From Opitutaceae bacterium (GTDB lineage Bacteria; Verrucomicrobiota; Verrucomicrobiia; Opitutales; Opitutaceae), in contig DAISZL010000003.1 in assembly GCA_036824825.1 (NCBI GenBank), positions 14,626-78,625 on the forward strand: DNA of 64,000 nt, written 5' to 3'. Every line of letters begins with the position of its first letter. Positions within the stretch are counted from its first letter, which is position 1. Shown here one piece after another: positions 29,820-38,630 of this stretch. Position numbers and translations under genes: made by a program. The notes beneath the pieces were generated by a model. That model ran no database searches. It was not told the DNA's origin and saw only the letters and a list, made by a program, of their open reading frames with translations.

Positions 29820-30814
29820 GTGCACTTGATGGAAAATTACTTGTTACAGGTGGGGCTGGCTTTATTGGTAGCGCCCTTATTTGGGAGCTTAATCGCCGCG
29901 GATACACCGATATCATTGTCACCGATTTTTTGGGATCTGATGAAAAATGGCGTAATCTCACACCACTAAAATTCACGGATTACGTCGAGGCAGGCACTTT
30001 TAGATCTACGTTAAACTCAAATCCTACAGCTTACGGAAAATTTTCAGCTATTTTTCATTTAGGCGCGTGCTCAGCCACAACTGAAAGAAATGCCGCTTAC
30101 TTGGTAGATAATAATTTTAATGTAACCAAAGAACTAGCCTCTTGGTCCCTAACTCACGGTGCTCGGTTTATCTACGCCTCATCTGCAGCTACTTATGGCG
30201 ACGGAAGCCAAGGAATGGATGATAAAAATCCTGATATCGAATCGTACAGACCGCTTAATATGTACGGCTACTCGAAGCAAATGTTCGATGTCTACGCTAA
30301 GCGTAATTCATGGCTTAACCAAGTCGTGGGACTTAAGTATTTTAATATTTTTGGTCCAAACGAAGACCACAAAGCAGATATGCGCTCCGTTGTGCATAAA
30401 GCATTTCAACAGATAAGTACTACAAACCGCGTACAACTGTTTAAAAGTTATCACCCAAATTACAAAGACGGTGAACAGGAACGTGATTTTCTATATGTAA
30501 AAGATGCAGTCAAAATGACGCTTCATTTTGCTGATAAAGGCTTAGGTAAGTCAGGACTTTACAATATAGGATCAGGTGAAGCTAATACGTGGCTTACCCT
30601 TACCCATGCAATTTTTGCTGCATTAGGTAAAAGACCCCAAGTCGACTTTATCGATATGCCTGAAATATTAAAAGAAAAGTATCAGTATTTTACCCAGGCA
30701 GATACTTCAAAACTTAAATCAAGTGGCTATACTGAGTCAGCTACCCCTCTTGCTGAAGCAGTTAAAGATTACGTTCAAAATTATCTCGCAACAGATAAGC
30801 GTCTAGGAGCGTAA
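29816..30814 (+). CDS. hldD: ADP-L-glycero-D-manno-heptose 6-epimerase
   Basis: 332 aa. By eye it is collinear with E. coli HldD as I recall it: VTGGAGFIGS, HLGACSATTE, YASSAATYG, NMYGYSK, YFNIFGPNE, YQYFTQAD. Confidence 0.9.
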   Translation: MSALDGKLLVTGGAGFIGSALIWELNRRGYTDIIVTDFLGSDEKWRNLTPLKFTDYVEAGTFRSTLNSNPTAYGKFSAIFHLGACSATTERNAAYLVDNNFNVTKELASWSLTHGARFIYASSAATYGDGSQGMDDKNPDIESYRPLNMYGYSKQMFDVYAKRNSWLNQVVGLKYFNIFGPNEDHKADMRSVVHKAFQQISTTNRVQLFKSYHPNYKDGEQERDFLYVKDAVKMTLHFADKGLGKSGLYNIGSGEANTWLTLTHAIFAALGKRPQVDFIDMPEILKEKYQYFTQADTSKLKSSGYTESATPLAEAVKDYVQNYLATDKRLGA

Positions 30815-30840
30815 TTTTTAAAAGCGTAGCCCCACGCTTT

Positions 30841-31332
30841 ATGAATCAAATTAAAAAGTTTATTCTGATCATTGGTTTAATGATCATTTTCCCAACGATG
30901 CTTCACTACGCAGTAAGCACGTTTTATCCAGAACCTAAGGTAGAACAATTCATCCAAGCACCCCTACCTGCGGATAGAAAACTCACCGCTGATGAACGCT
31001 TAGAGAGGCAGGCAGAACGGACACGCTTAAACGACGAACGAAAGGAAGCCAATGCTGCATTCGCTGTTCGTTTATTTTGGGTAGCTGTACCGTGTGGACT
31101 AATCGCTATCGTTATAGGCACCCTGCTTAAAGCCCAAGCACTTGGCTCAGGCCTGATGGCAGGTGGAATTATAAGTATTGCTGAGGGCTATATTCGTTAC
31201 TGGCCCCAGTTACCGGATTATCTGCATTTCATTTCACTACTCTTAGCCTTTATCCTTTTAGTCTATATTGGATATAAAAAATTAGATAAACCAGAAAGCC
31301 ACACAAGTAACACACAACCACCCCATCTATGA
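30841..31332 (+). CDS. hypothetical 4-TM membrane protein
   Basis: 163 aa: one N-terminal TM, a charged helix (ERLERQAERTRLNDERKEAN), then three TM segments. Its stop overlaps the next gene by 4 nt. I recognise no family. Confidence 0.5.
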   Translation: MNQIKKFILIIGLMIIFPTMLHYAVSTFYPEPKVEQFIQAPLPADRKLTADERLERQAERTRLNDERKEANAAFAVRLFWVAVPCGLIAIVIGTLLKAQALGSGLMAGGIISIAEGYIRYWPQLPDYLHFISLLLAFILLVYIGYKKLDKPESHTSNTQPPHL

Positions 31333-32438
31333 AAAACCTTCCGCTTTATATCATTGCTACGCTTGGGATTGCCGTCTGTCTCAACGCTCAACCTAAAATT
31401 TCAGAGGATGAAAAAGCAATTTGGAATACAGAATATCGCTGGACTCAGGCATTAATTAAAGGAGATGCTAAAACACGTGGTGAGATAGAAACGAAAAACT
31501 ATTCTCTGACTGAACCAGGTGGAGATATCAACTCACGTGAGGATGATATTGAAGAATTAACTTCGGGGCGCATGGTCTACAAATCGCTCAGCATGCATGA
31601 GCAAAGCCTAAAACTTTACGGTAGTACTGCTATTGTTACAGGACGACTAGCCGTTTCAGTGATTGCTGATGGTGGACCGCTCGAAGGCGTTTTTTCTTTT
31701 ACTGATACCCTCATTAAAGAAAATGGTGTCTGGAAAAAAGCGGCTTCCCATGTATCCCAAATTGGAGCTACATCAAAACTTGCTACCGAGCCTGTACCAC
31801 GTGAAGGAAAATGGGTTAAGCGCCATGAAGGATTTGTTAAAATTGCAGCCACTGAAAAATGCGAAATCTTATTCTTAGGCGACTCTATCACAGATAATTG
31901 GCGTCTAGCAGGTCGTGGTGCAGAAGTGCACAAAAAACACTGGCCAACGACAGCAATCGTAAACCTAGGAATTAGCGGTGACCGTACCCAGCATGTACTC
32001 TGGCGTTTACAAAACGGGGAAATTGGCAACTTACACCCTAAGGTAATTATGCTCATGATTGGTACGAACAATCTAGGCCTAGAGCGCGACTACATCACAA
32101 GTCGCACTACTCCGGCAGAAACTGCCGAAGGAGTTAAAGCGATATTAGCTCTTTTACGTAGTAAATTCCCAGTATCTAAAATTCTACTCTTAGCTGTCTT
32201 CCCACGCTCACACTTACCTACTGACGAGGTTCGATTACAAGTTAATGAACTTAATAAGTACCTAGTTAATTATGCCGATAATAAGTCCGTTTTTTACCTA
32301 GATATCGGAAATGGCTTTCTTACGAAAGATGGCGTGTTAGAGCCATCCATTATGCCTGACTACCTCCATCCAAACGCAGCAGGCTATGAAATATGGGCTA
32401 AGGCCGTAGAAGGTCCATTAGCCCAATTAGCGCAGTAA
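31329..32438 (+). CDS. secreted NTF2-like (DUF4440/SnoaL-type) domain fused to an SGNH/GDSL esterase (PAF-acetylhydrolase-Ib-like)
   Basis: 369 aa with a signal peptide and an N-terminal NTF2-like module of about 140 aa. SGNH blocks follow: FLGDSITDNW (block I), GTNNLG (block III) and DYLHPN (block V). Confidence 0.7.
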   Translation: MKNLPLYIIATLGIAVCLNAQPKISEDEKAIWNTEYRWTQALIKGDAKTRGEIETKNYSLTEPGGDINSREDDIEELTSGRMVYKSLSMHEQSLKLYGSTAIVTGRLAVSVIADGGPLEGVFSFTDTLIKENGVWKKAASHVSQIGATSKLATEPVPREGKWVKRHEGFVKIAATEKCEILFLGDSITDNWRLAGRGAEVHKKHWPTTAIVNLGISGDRTQHVLWRLQNGEIGNLHPKVIMLMIGTNNLGLERDYITSRTTPAETAEGVKAILALLRSKFPVSKILLLAVFPRSHLPTDEVRLQVNELNKYLVNYADNKSVFYLDIGNGFLTKDGVLEPSIMPDYLHPNAAGYEIWAKAVEGPLAQLAQ

Positions 32439-32451
32439 ATAACGCTTTCCT

Positions 32452-33414
32452 TTAGGAAAGAGCGTTTCTGCAGTAGGCAACACACTTGGCTATTTCAGCC
32501 ATACGTGTTGAGCCTTGTGGAACTTTGTATTCAAACTCGATTGCTGCCATGATTGGCCACTTATTATCGCTTATTAGGCGTAAGACTTCGGCAATAGGTG
32601 TATCTCCCTTACCGAATTCAGTATTTGGTCCATCATGCAGTGTACGATCTTTGATATGAATATGAGTAATCTTATCATGATGCTTTTTCATGAAAGCCAC
32701 AGGTGAATAGTTGTTACCTGCAATAAAGTGTCCGATATCTAAATTAGCACCGTTATACTTAGCTAGATCAAAACCAGCTTCCCACATCGCTTCCGTGACA
32801 GCTGTATGACCGTGATAGCCTACTCTTAATTCATGTTTATCAGCGAAAGTACCAATACGTTTAAGATCTTTTTCATTAATAGAGGCGCTGCCTTCTTTAC
32901 CGAGGATCGACATTTCGCATGAGATTGCACTTGCACCTAATGTTTTAGCTAATGCAAAGAAGTAGTTAAGTTCTGCATCTGACATCGCGTAAATATCATC
33001 TACTTTTAGAACAGATATCGTTACGCCTGCATCATTCCATTTTTTACGAAACGCTGCAGCCTTTTCTACTGTAACACTTTCACGCCAAGCCTGCATCTTA
33101 GCTTTATCAGCGGCAGCTAGTTTGCGTTTACCGTACACTGGACAACCTAAGAATTGTTCAACAGGTTGAGCACGCAGTTCTACAAACGATACTCCTAATG
33201 CAACTACATTAGCCAAAGTTTCATCACCAGACATGAAGATATTCCCGAAGCTGTAAGGAACATTAATTCCTATCTGCACACCTTTTACTGTCGAATTTGG
33301 TTTAGCAGCTACATCGGATGATGAACCGTATGCTTTTAAGTAAGACAATAAGCCAGCTGCTGGAACAGCCATGAGGGCTAACTTTGCAAAGTCGCGACGT
33401 GAGTAGTTTGCCAT
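32452..33414 (-). CDS. Tat-exported xylose-isomerase-like TIM-barrel protein (sugar phosphate isomerase/epimerase family)
   Basis: 320 aa with the twin-arginine signal SRRDFAKLALMAVPAAG and AP_endonuc_2-type barrel motifs (GYHGH, HIHIKD, E at AAIEFE). Confidence 0.72.
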   Translation of the reverse strand: MANYSRRDFAKLALMAVPAAGLLSYLKAYGSSSDVAAKPNSTVKGVQIGINVPYSFGNIFMSGDETLANVVALGVSFVELRAQPVEQFLGCPVYGKRKLAAADKAKMQAWRESVTVEKAAAFRKKWNDAGVTISVLKVDDIYAMSDAELNYFFALAKTLGASAISCEMSILGKEGSASINEKDLKRIGTFADKHELRVGYHGHTAVTEAMWEAGFDLAKYNGANLDIGHFIAGNNYSPVAFMKKHHDKITHIHIKDRTLHDGPNTEFGKGDTPIAEVLRLISDNKWPIMAAIEFEYKVPQGSTRMAEIAKCVAYCRNALS

Positions 33415-33588
33415 AATAATTTATAGTTTATGCGTTAGAGGTAATGGGGAAGCTGATAAAATCCTCTACGCTTAGAATTGGCGCAAGCGAAAATATCTGC
33501 TTTTAAGGCCGTATAAAGTAGGTCGACATAGGTCTAAGATTCAAACATGGTAACGGTGCTCTAAAATCACCTGCGTAGCCCCACCCAA

Positions 33589-34920
33589 GTGAAAACCAAT
33601 ACCCCACCTAAGCACTCTTATCTTCATTCTAAGTCATTTCCAAAATCCATATGGCTTGTGCTATTCTCGGTATGGATTGGAACGATGGTTGCTATGTTAA
33701 GCCCATGGCTTTCATGGCATCACCATCCCTTAGAAGGCTCACTTATCCAGGGCGTTATAGCCGCAATAATTGCCTATACAGTAGGAGGCACCTTCCTCCT
33801 TTTGATAAAATCTGAGTCCTCTGTAGAAACAGAAAGTAAAAATATTTATTATATACCCCGCTTGGACCACTTGCGCTTTCTCGCAGCAAGTCTTGTCGTA
33901 CTCTATCATTACTTTCACATGAATATCAGCCCGGAAGCTAGTGCTACAAGCTTAGCCGGTAAACTTATTAGTCAGGGTTCAAGTGGTGTAGATCTATTCT
34001 TCGTATTAAGTGGATTTATTTTTGGAACGATTTCCTACGAAAAAAGAATCAACTACGGAAGTTTTTTAGTCTCACGCTTATTTAGAATTTATCCCTTATA
34101 TATCTTTGCTGTTACAATCGCAGTTAGTACGCACTACAATCTATTCAGCGCCCTCGATTGTGTGATGTACCTCTTTCCATTTCTTCACGTAAATCACATA
34201 GCTGGAAACCTAAATGATTTTGGGCAATTATGGAGTATTGGACTAGAATTCCAATTCTACCTCATATTTCCATTTCTCGCTGAGTTCGTATTAAAATTTG
34301 GTTATCGCTACTTGTTAGCACTTGTTTTCTTAGCATTAGGCGTTCGTCTGTTTTACTTTAACCAAGCAGGATCAGTGAGAGATCTTGTATGTTGGTCTCT
34401 TATTGGCCGATTTGATGAATTTGCTATAGGCATTTTAGCCACTGCGGTTGCAATACGTCGCCCCAATTTTTTTAAAAATCCGCTTCATATTATAACCTCA
34501 ATTGCAGGTGTCATTCTATGCTTATATTGGTTAGAATCCTGGGGAGGTTACCATCATGGAAGCACCTCCGCCTTATGGATAGTCTGGCCTAGTATAGAAG
34601 GATTAATTTGGGCTTACCTCATTCTTAGTTATCTAAGATGTAAAATTAACATTCCAAAATTCCTAAATGAAAGCTTAGCCAAACTTGGTCACTTAAGTTT
34701 TTCGATCTACGTCATGCACGGATTTGCTGTATTTCTCACCTTTAAATATTTTGGCCAAGCACAGTGGATACAAATCAAAGAAACCAATAGTATATTAATT
34801 GGCACACTCATTTGTATACCACTGTCAGTGATTATAGCCTTCCCAACGTTTCACTTTATAGAAAAACCCTTCTTTATATTTAAGAAAAAATATACAGAAC
34901 CGGTTTCACGAAACCACTAG
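33589..34920 (+). CDS. acyltransferase family 3 (O-acyltransferase) membrane protein
   Basis: 443 aa with RLDHLRFLAASLVVLYH and VDLFFVLSGFIF signatures and about 10-11 TM. GTG start. An extra 2-TM N-terminal extension of about 85 aa precedes the domain. Confidence 0.75.
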   Translation: MKTNTPPKHSYLHSKSFPKSIWLVLFSVWIGTMVAMLSPWLSWHHHPLEGSLIQGVIAAIIAYTVGGTFLLLIKSESSVETESKNIYYIPRLDHLRFLAASLVVLYHYFHMNISPEASATSLAGKLISQGSSGVDLFFVLSGFIFGTISYEKRINYGSFLVSRLFRIYPLYIFAVTIAVSTHYNLFSALDCVMYLFPFLHVNHIAGNLNDFGQLWSIGLEFQFYLIFPFLAEFVLKFGYRYLLALVFLALGVRLFYFNQAGSVRDLVCWSLIGRFDEFAIGILATAVAIRRPNFFKNPLHIITSIAGVILCLYWLESWGGYHHGSTSALWIVWPSIEGLIWAYLILSYLRCKINIPKFLNESLAKLGHLSFSIYVMHGFAVFLTFKYFGQAQWIQIKETNSILIGTLICIPLSVIIAFPTFHFIEKPFFIFKKKYTEPVSRNH

Positions 34921-34926
34921 TACGCC

Positions 34927-36156
34927 CTATAGCGTACTAAGGAATGCTATGAGTTGGCTTTGCTGGATAGCAGACAACCGTGTATACGCTTGTGTTGAGC
35001 TTGTACCCTCACCTGCATGACCTAAGATTGCCTGTTGTAACGTGGTTGCTCTGCCATCATGCATAAAAAGCTGACGTACACGAATCCCCCATAAAGGCGA
35101 TGTCCTCATTTCCTTAGTACCAGCAACTCCTTGAGCAATGCCATCAGCAGATGATCCCATATCATGGAGTAATAAATCAGAATATAAATTAACATTTTGA
35201 TTTGCTAATGCAGTGATCGAATTAGGGCCTGTATTTAACGTAGGCGTATGACAAGCAGCACACCCAATCGCATCAAACACCGCTCTTCCTGCAACGGATA
35301 CTGGTGTTGAAGGAGCAGGCACTGGAGGTGCTAGATAACGCATATAATTCGTTAATCGATCAATTTCAGAAAGCCCAGTAACAACACTAGGCTGATCTTC
35401 AATCGGAGCAGAAAGACTAACAAACTGCGCAAGTAGCGTTTCATTTCCGTCTGGCGCTGCCGCTTTAGGGAAAAGTCGATTAGTAACACCGATCTCATTA
35501 TTTAGCGCATCAGCACTAAATCCTAACAGTGTTGCGTGCTGGTTTTTCCAACCAAATCGACCCACACGAAGCTGTCCTGTAGAAATATCTGTAATCCATG
35601 CTACGCGCCCTCCTATTCCAGGAGGTTTAGGCCTTGCAGCATTCGCCACAATCGCACTGTCAGGAATCGCTTCAATTAATCCTGCTCCATAAAGTGGAGT
35701 CGTTAAACGAAGTGAAGTTACATTAGCATTAGCTGGCACTTTTTCTAAAAGACTCGGAGCAATCGCTCGTGCATGTAATAAAGACCCATCCTCTGCTATG
35801 AGTGGATCAAATCCAGTCGCTGTTACTTGACCAAAGCGAGTAACGGTACGTCTACTTGAGCCACCTGCTGATGGATTACCATGACAGGCTAAACAGGATG
35901 AATCGTTAAATAGTGGGCCTAGACCCGTTTGCGGTGTTTCTGCTACTTGAAAATCTAAAAACCCTAGATTTGCACTGCTTTGCTGAGCAGCTGTAGCTCC
36001 CGCGATAATCTGACCAAAAGAACCAGATGTAGCAGGTAAAGGAGCTGGTGCTTGAGGAGGCGCTGGTGGTAGTGGTTGAGCTACGAGTATAGAAGCTGAA
36101 AACAGGCCATAAACGGCAATCAATTTAATATATAATTTAATTTGGTTCATCTTCAT
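34927..36156 (-). CDS. DUF1111-family dihaem c-type protein (cytochrome c peroxidase-like 'thiol oxidoreductase')
   Basis: Start set at MKMNQIKLYIK (signal peptide), because the longer ORF-track N-terminus runs through a terminator hairpin. It has two CxxCH sites (CLACH, CAACH) with the family-typical spacing. Confidence 0.7.
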   Translation of the reverse strand: MKMNQIKLYIKLIAVYGLFSASILVAQPLPPAPPQAPAPLPATSGSFGQIIAGATAAQQSSANLGFLDFQVAETPQTGLGPLFNDSSCLACHGNPSAGGSSRRTVTRFGQVTATGFDPLIAEDGSLLHARAIAPSLLEKVPANANVTSLRLTTPLYGAGLIEAIPDSAIVANAARPKPPGIGGRVAWITDISTGQLRVGRFGWKNQHATLLGFSADALNNEIGVTNRLFPKAAAPDGNETLLAQFVSLSAPIEDQPSVVTGLSEIDRLTNYMRYLAPPVPAPSTPVSVAGRAVFDAIGCAACHTPTLNTGPNSITALANQNVNLYSDLLLHDMGSSADGIAQGVAGTKEMRTSPLWGIRVRQLFMHDGRATTLQQAILGHAGEGTSSTQAYTRLSAIQQSQLIAFLSTL

Positions 36157-36198
36157 TGCGCACACATTACCACAAGCAACATGAAGAGAGCATGAAGC

Positions 36199-36232
36199 AA
36201 AAAAACCGAGTGACGCATTAAAGCCACTCGGT
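36199..36232 (-). terminator. intrinsic terminator after the sulfatase gene
   Basis: The minus strand reads ACCGAGTGG-loop-CACTCGGT (stem arms 36205-36212 and 36225-36232) followed by a run of 7 T (complement of the A-run at 36199-36205). Confidence 0.65.
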
Positions 36233-36254
36233 TTTCTAAAAGATAAAATTGAAA

Positions 36255-37799
36255 TTAACTCTGAGGTAACGCTCCACGCCAACCTGCTTGCCATTGCTTC
36301 ATGAGATCAGCAACTAACTTTTTATTCTCAGGATGGTTTGCAATGTTTACGTTTTCTTGAGGATCGGTTTCGTGATCATAGAGCTCAATCGCATCTACTT
36401 TAGTATGATCGTTACGACCTACCCATACCGTGAAACGGTAACGCTGTGTACGCATCGAATAACCCATGAGTGCTCCCGCGCCTGTCTTGCCTGCAGCGCG
36501 TGGGTACTGACTAAATGCAGCTTTCTTCCACGACAACTCTGGATTATCGAGTAGTGGTTTAAAACTATAGCCTTCAACTGTTGATGGTACAGAGATTCCA
36601 GCTAATTGAGAGAGTGTTGGATAAATATCTACAAACTCAACCAGAGCACTCGAGTGCATACCTTTAGCTTTCATACCTGGTGCAGAAATAATCAGAGGGG
36701 CATTGGTATCATTCTCTACGTTAGTATGCTTACCCCAGCCAGAATGTTCACCGAGCTTCCAACCGTGATCACCCCATAGAATAACGATCGTATTTTCTCT
36801 GAGTCCTAAACGATCTAATTCAGCCATCACACGTCCTACCTGAGCGTCCGTATAACTAACTCCCGCAAAGTAAGCATGCTTCAATCTACGCGCTAAATCA
36901 TTAGAAAAAGGACCTGTTGCTGGAATGCCATGGTAATGCCTAATTTCGCCATCATTTGGGTTAACTGCATAACTAGGTGAGTCTTTGGCCAGAAAAGGAT
37001 TCGGTGCTAAAGCAATTTCAGATTCATTGTACATATCCCAATACTTTTGCGGAGCTACCCATGGTAAGTGTGGCTTAATAAAGCCTACAGCTAAGAAGAA
37101 TGGCTGATTACGGTTCTTTAATTCACCTAAGGTCTTTACAGCCAAGTCTGCAACTTTGCCATCCTGATACGTGTTATCAGGTACATTAGCGTGTTCGTAA
37201 GCTGGTCCACGTGTGCCTGGGCCATCTTCCTCTGCATCCTTAGCAGATTTCTTTTTCTTGCCTGGCTTTGTCTTAGCGAGAGCTTGTTTAACCGTATCAT
37301 CTGGTTCACCCTCTACCTTAAGAGGACTTACTGCTAAACTTTCTGGTAAAACATAGATTGGTGCTGGAGGTGTTACCCATGGAACGGTCCAAGAAGCTGG
37401 ATCATTGTATCCTACGTGGAATATTTTGCCCATACCTTGAACAAAATAACCATTGTGCATAAAGTTCTGCTGTATGGTTACCACATGCGGTAATGCTTCT
37501 CTAAAATGCGTTACCAAATCCCATACTTTAGTCGTATCAGGACGAGTTCCAGTGAGTAAGCTCGAACGAGAAGGAGAACAAACAGCCTGCTGACAGTAAG
37601 CATGATCAAACACTAAACCACTCTTAGCCAGAGCATCTATGTTTGGTGTTTTCATGTATGACTTACCGTAACAGCCTAATTCAGGACGTAAGTCGTCAAC
37701 CGCAATAAAGAGTACATTAGGACGGTTTGCTGGTTCTGCATTTTGCTGAGCAAAAAGCGAAGGAACAAGTAAAGCTAGTAAGACAAATATGCGCTTCAT
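36255..37799 (-). CDS. sulfatase (formylglycine-dependent, iduronate-2-sulfatase-like)
   Basis: Start set at MKRIFVLLALLVPSLFA (signal peptide, ATG at 37799). Carries NVLFIAVDDLR and the CSPSRSSLLTG formylglycine motif. Confidence 0.9.
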   Translation of the reverse strand: MKRIFVLLALLVPSLFAQQNAEPANRPNVLFIAVDDLRPELGCYGKSYMKTPNIDALAKSGLVFDHAYCQQAVCSPSRSSLLTGTRPDTTKVWDLVTHFREALPHVVTIQQNFMHNGYFVQGMGKIFHVGYNDPASWTVPWVTPPAPIYVLPESLAVSPLKVEGEPDDTVKQALAKTKPGKKKKSAKDAEEDGPGTRGPAYEHANVPDNTYQDGKVADLAVKTLGELKNRNQPFFLAVGFIKPHLPWVAPQKYWDMYNESEIALAPNPFLAKDSPSYAVNPNDGEIRHYHGIPATGPFSNDLARRLKHAYFAGVSYTDAQVGRVMAELDRLGLRENTIVILWGDHGWKLGEHSGWGKHTNVENDTNAPLIISAPGMKAKGMHSSALVEFVDIYPTLSQLAGISVPSTVEGYSFKPLLDNPELSWKKAAFSQYPRAAGKTGAGALMGYSMRTQRYRFTVWVGRNDHTKVDAIELYDHETDPQENVNIANHPENKKLVADLMKQWQAGWRGALPQS

Positions 37800-37905
37800 A
37801 AATATAATGGGTAATCTAAAAAACAATATTACAACTACACAGTAAGCTTACCTCTAACGAAAGTGCTAAATCTAAGCATTTTGTACGATAGACATATACG
37901 TAGCT

Positions 37906-37940
37906 AAAAAAAATCCCAGAGTGGTTACACCCTGGGATTT
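37906..37940 (-). terminator. intrinsic terminator closing the ACIII/cbb3-like operon
   Basis: 9-bp stem AAATCCCAG / CTGGGATTT (37911-37919 and 37932-37940), followed on the minus strand by a run of 8 T. It lies 25 nt after the stop codon of the last cytochrome c gene. Confidence 0.7.
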
Positions 37941-37964
37941 AATGATCTAAATATACGCTATAAA

Positions 37965-38630
37965 TTACTTAATGCTTAAAAGCTCTTGAGAAGTCCACTC
38001 CTTGCGATCACCCGCTGCTGCACGAATACGAGCGACAGTTTCAGCAGTGATAGCAGGTGCTTTGTTGCCCCACTCTTGTCTTACGTAGGTAAGTACATTA
38101 GCGATTTTCTCATCGCTCCAGTTATAGCCAGAGCTACCAAACGCAGGCATTGCAGCTGCACCTGGATAAGATACACCACTTACTGTAACTTGACCCTTTA
38201 GGCCTTGTAAAAGAATGCGTACTAAACGCTCTTCTGATCCTGTAGCCCAGTCAGAATTAGCTAAGGGAGGATAAACGCCTGCTATACCTTGACCTGTTGG
38301 TTGGTGACAGGTGTAACATGCGCCTGGGGAATTAAATAGCTTTTTACCTGCAGCAACTGGATCTGCTTTAGCGACTACTTCACCACCAGTGTGTGGTAGT
38401 GCCGTTTCATTATAAATAGCATTATTAAAGTGACCGGAGTAACGATTAACATAGGTCGCTGCAAAAAGGATGAAGCTACTTAAAACAAAGAGCATCACAA
38501 GTGGGCGTACACTTAAGTTACCACCATCATCTTGTTTTGTCCCTAAAGCTTTTTCGTGAGCATCAAGAAGTTGAGCATCATCATTAATTGCCTGCTCAAA
38601 ACGAGGATTATTGTTTGATGAATGACTCAT
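37965..38630 (-). CDS. membrane-anchored monohaem class-I cytochrome c (CcoP-position gene, but only one haem domain)
   Basis: 221 aa with one TM (LVMLFVLSSFILFAATYV), a single CYTCH site and a distal MPAFG Met. Its start overlaps the preceding gene by 4 nt. Confidence 0.75.
   Translation of the reverse strand: MSHSSNNNPRFEQAINDDAQLLDAHEKALGTKQDDGGNLSVRPLVMLFVLSSFILFAATYVNRYSGHFNNAIYNETALPHTGGEVVAKADPVAAGKKLFNSPGACYTCHQPTGQGIAGVYPPLANSDWATGSEERLVRILLQGLKGQVTVSGVSYPGAAAMPAFGSSGYNWSDEKIANVLTYVRQEWGNKAPAITAETVARIRAAAGDRKEWTSQELLSIK

Noticed and set aside
31616-32071. 151-aa ORF antisense to the NTF2-SGNH esterase gene (and 31663..31878 in another frame)
   Set aside because: These are shadow ORFs inside a CDS whose SGNH catalytic blocks are intact. 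The products are R/S/P-rich and look like nonsense.
36157-36294. 46-aa N-terminal extension of the DUF1111 ORF in the ORF track (similar extensions: 2764..2856 for hom, 24457..24489 for acpP, 27214..27351 for the SH3b protein, 55725..55790 for pheA, 56627..56650 for ilvD, 26526..26564 for the pseudouridine synthase)
   Set aside because: The extensions overlap the upstream gene or, here, run through an intrinsic terminator hairpin. Internal ATG codons give canonical N-termini or signal peptides, so I moved the starts.
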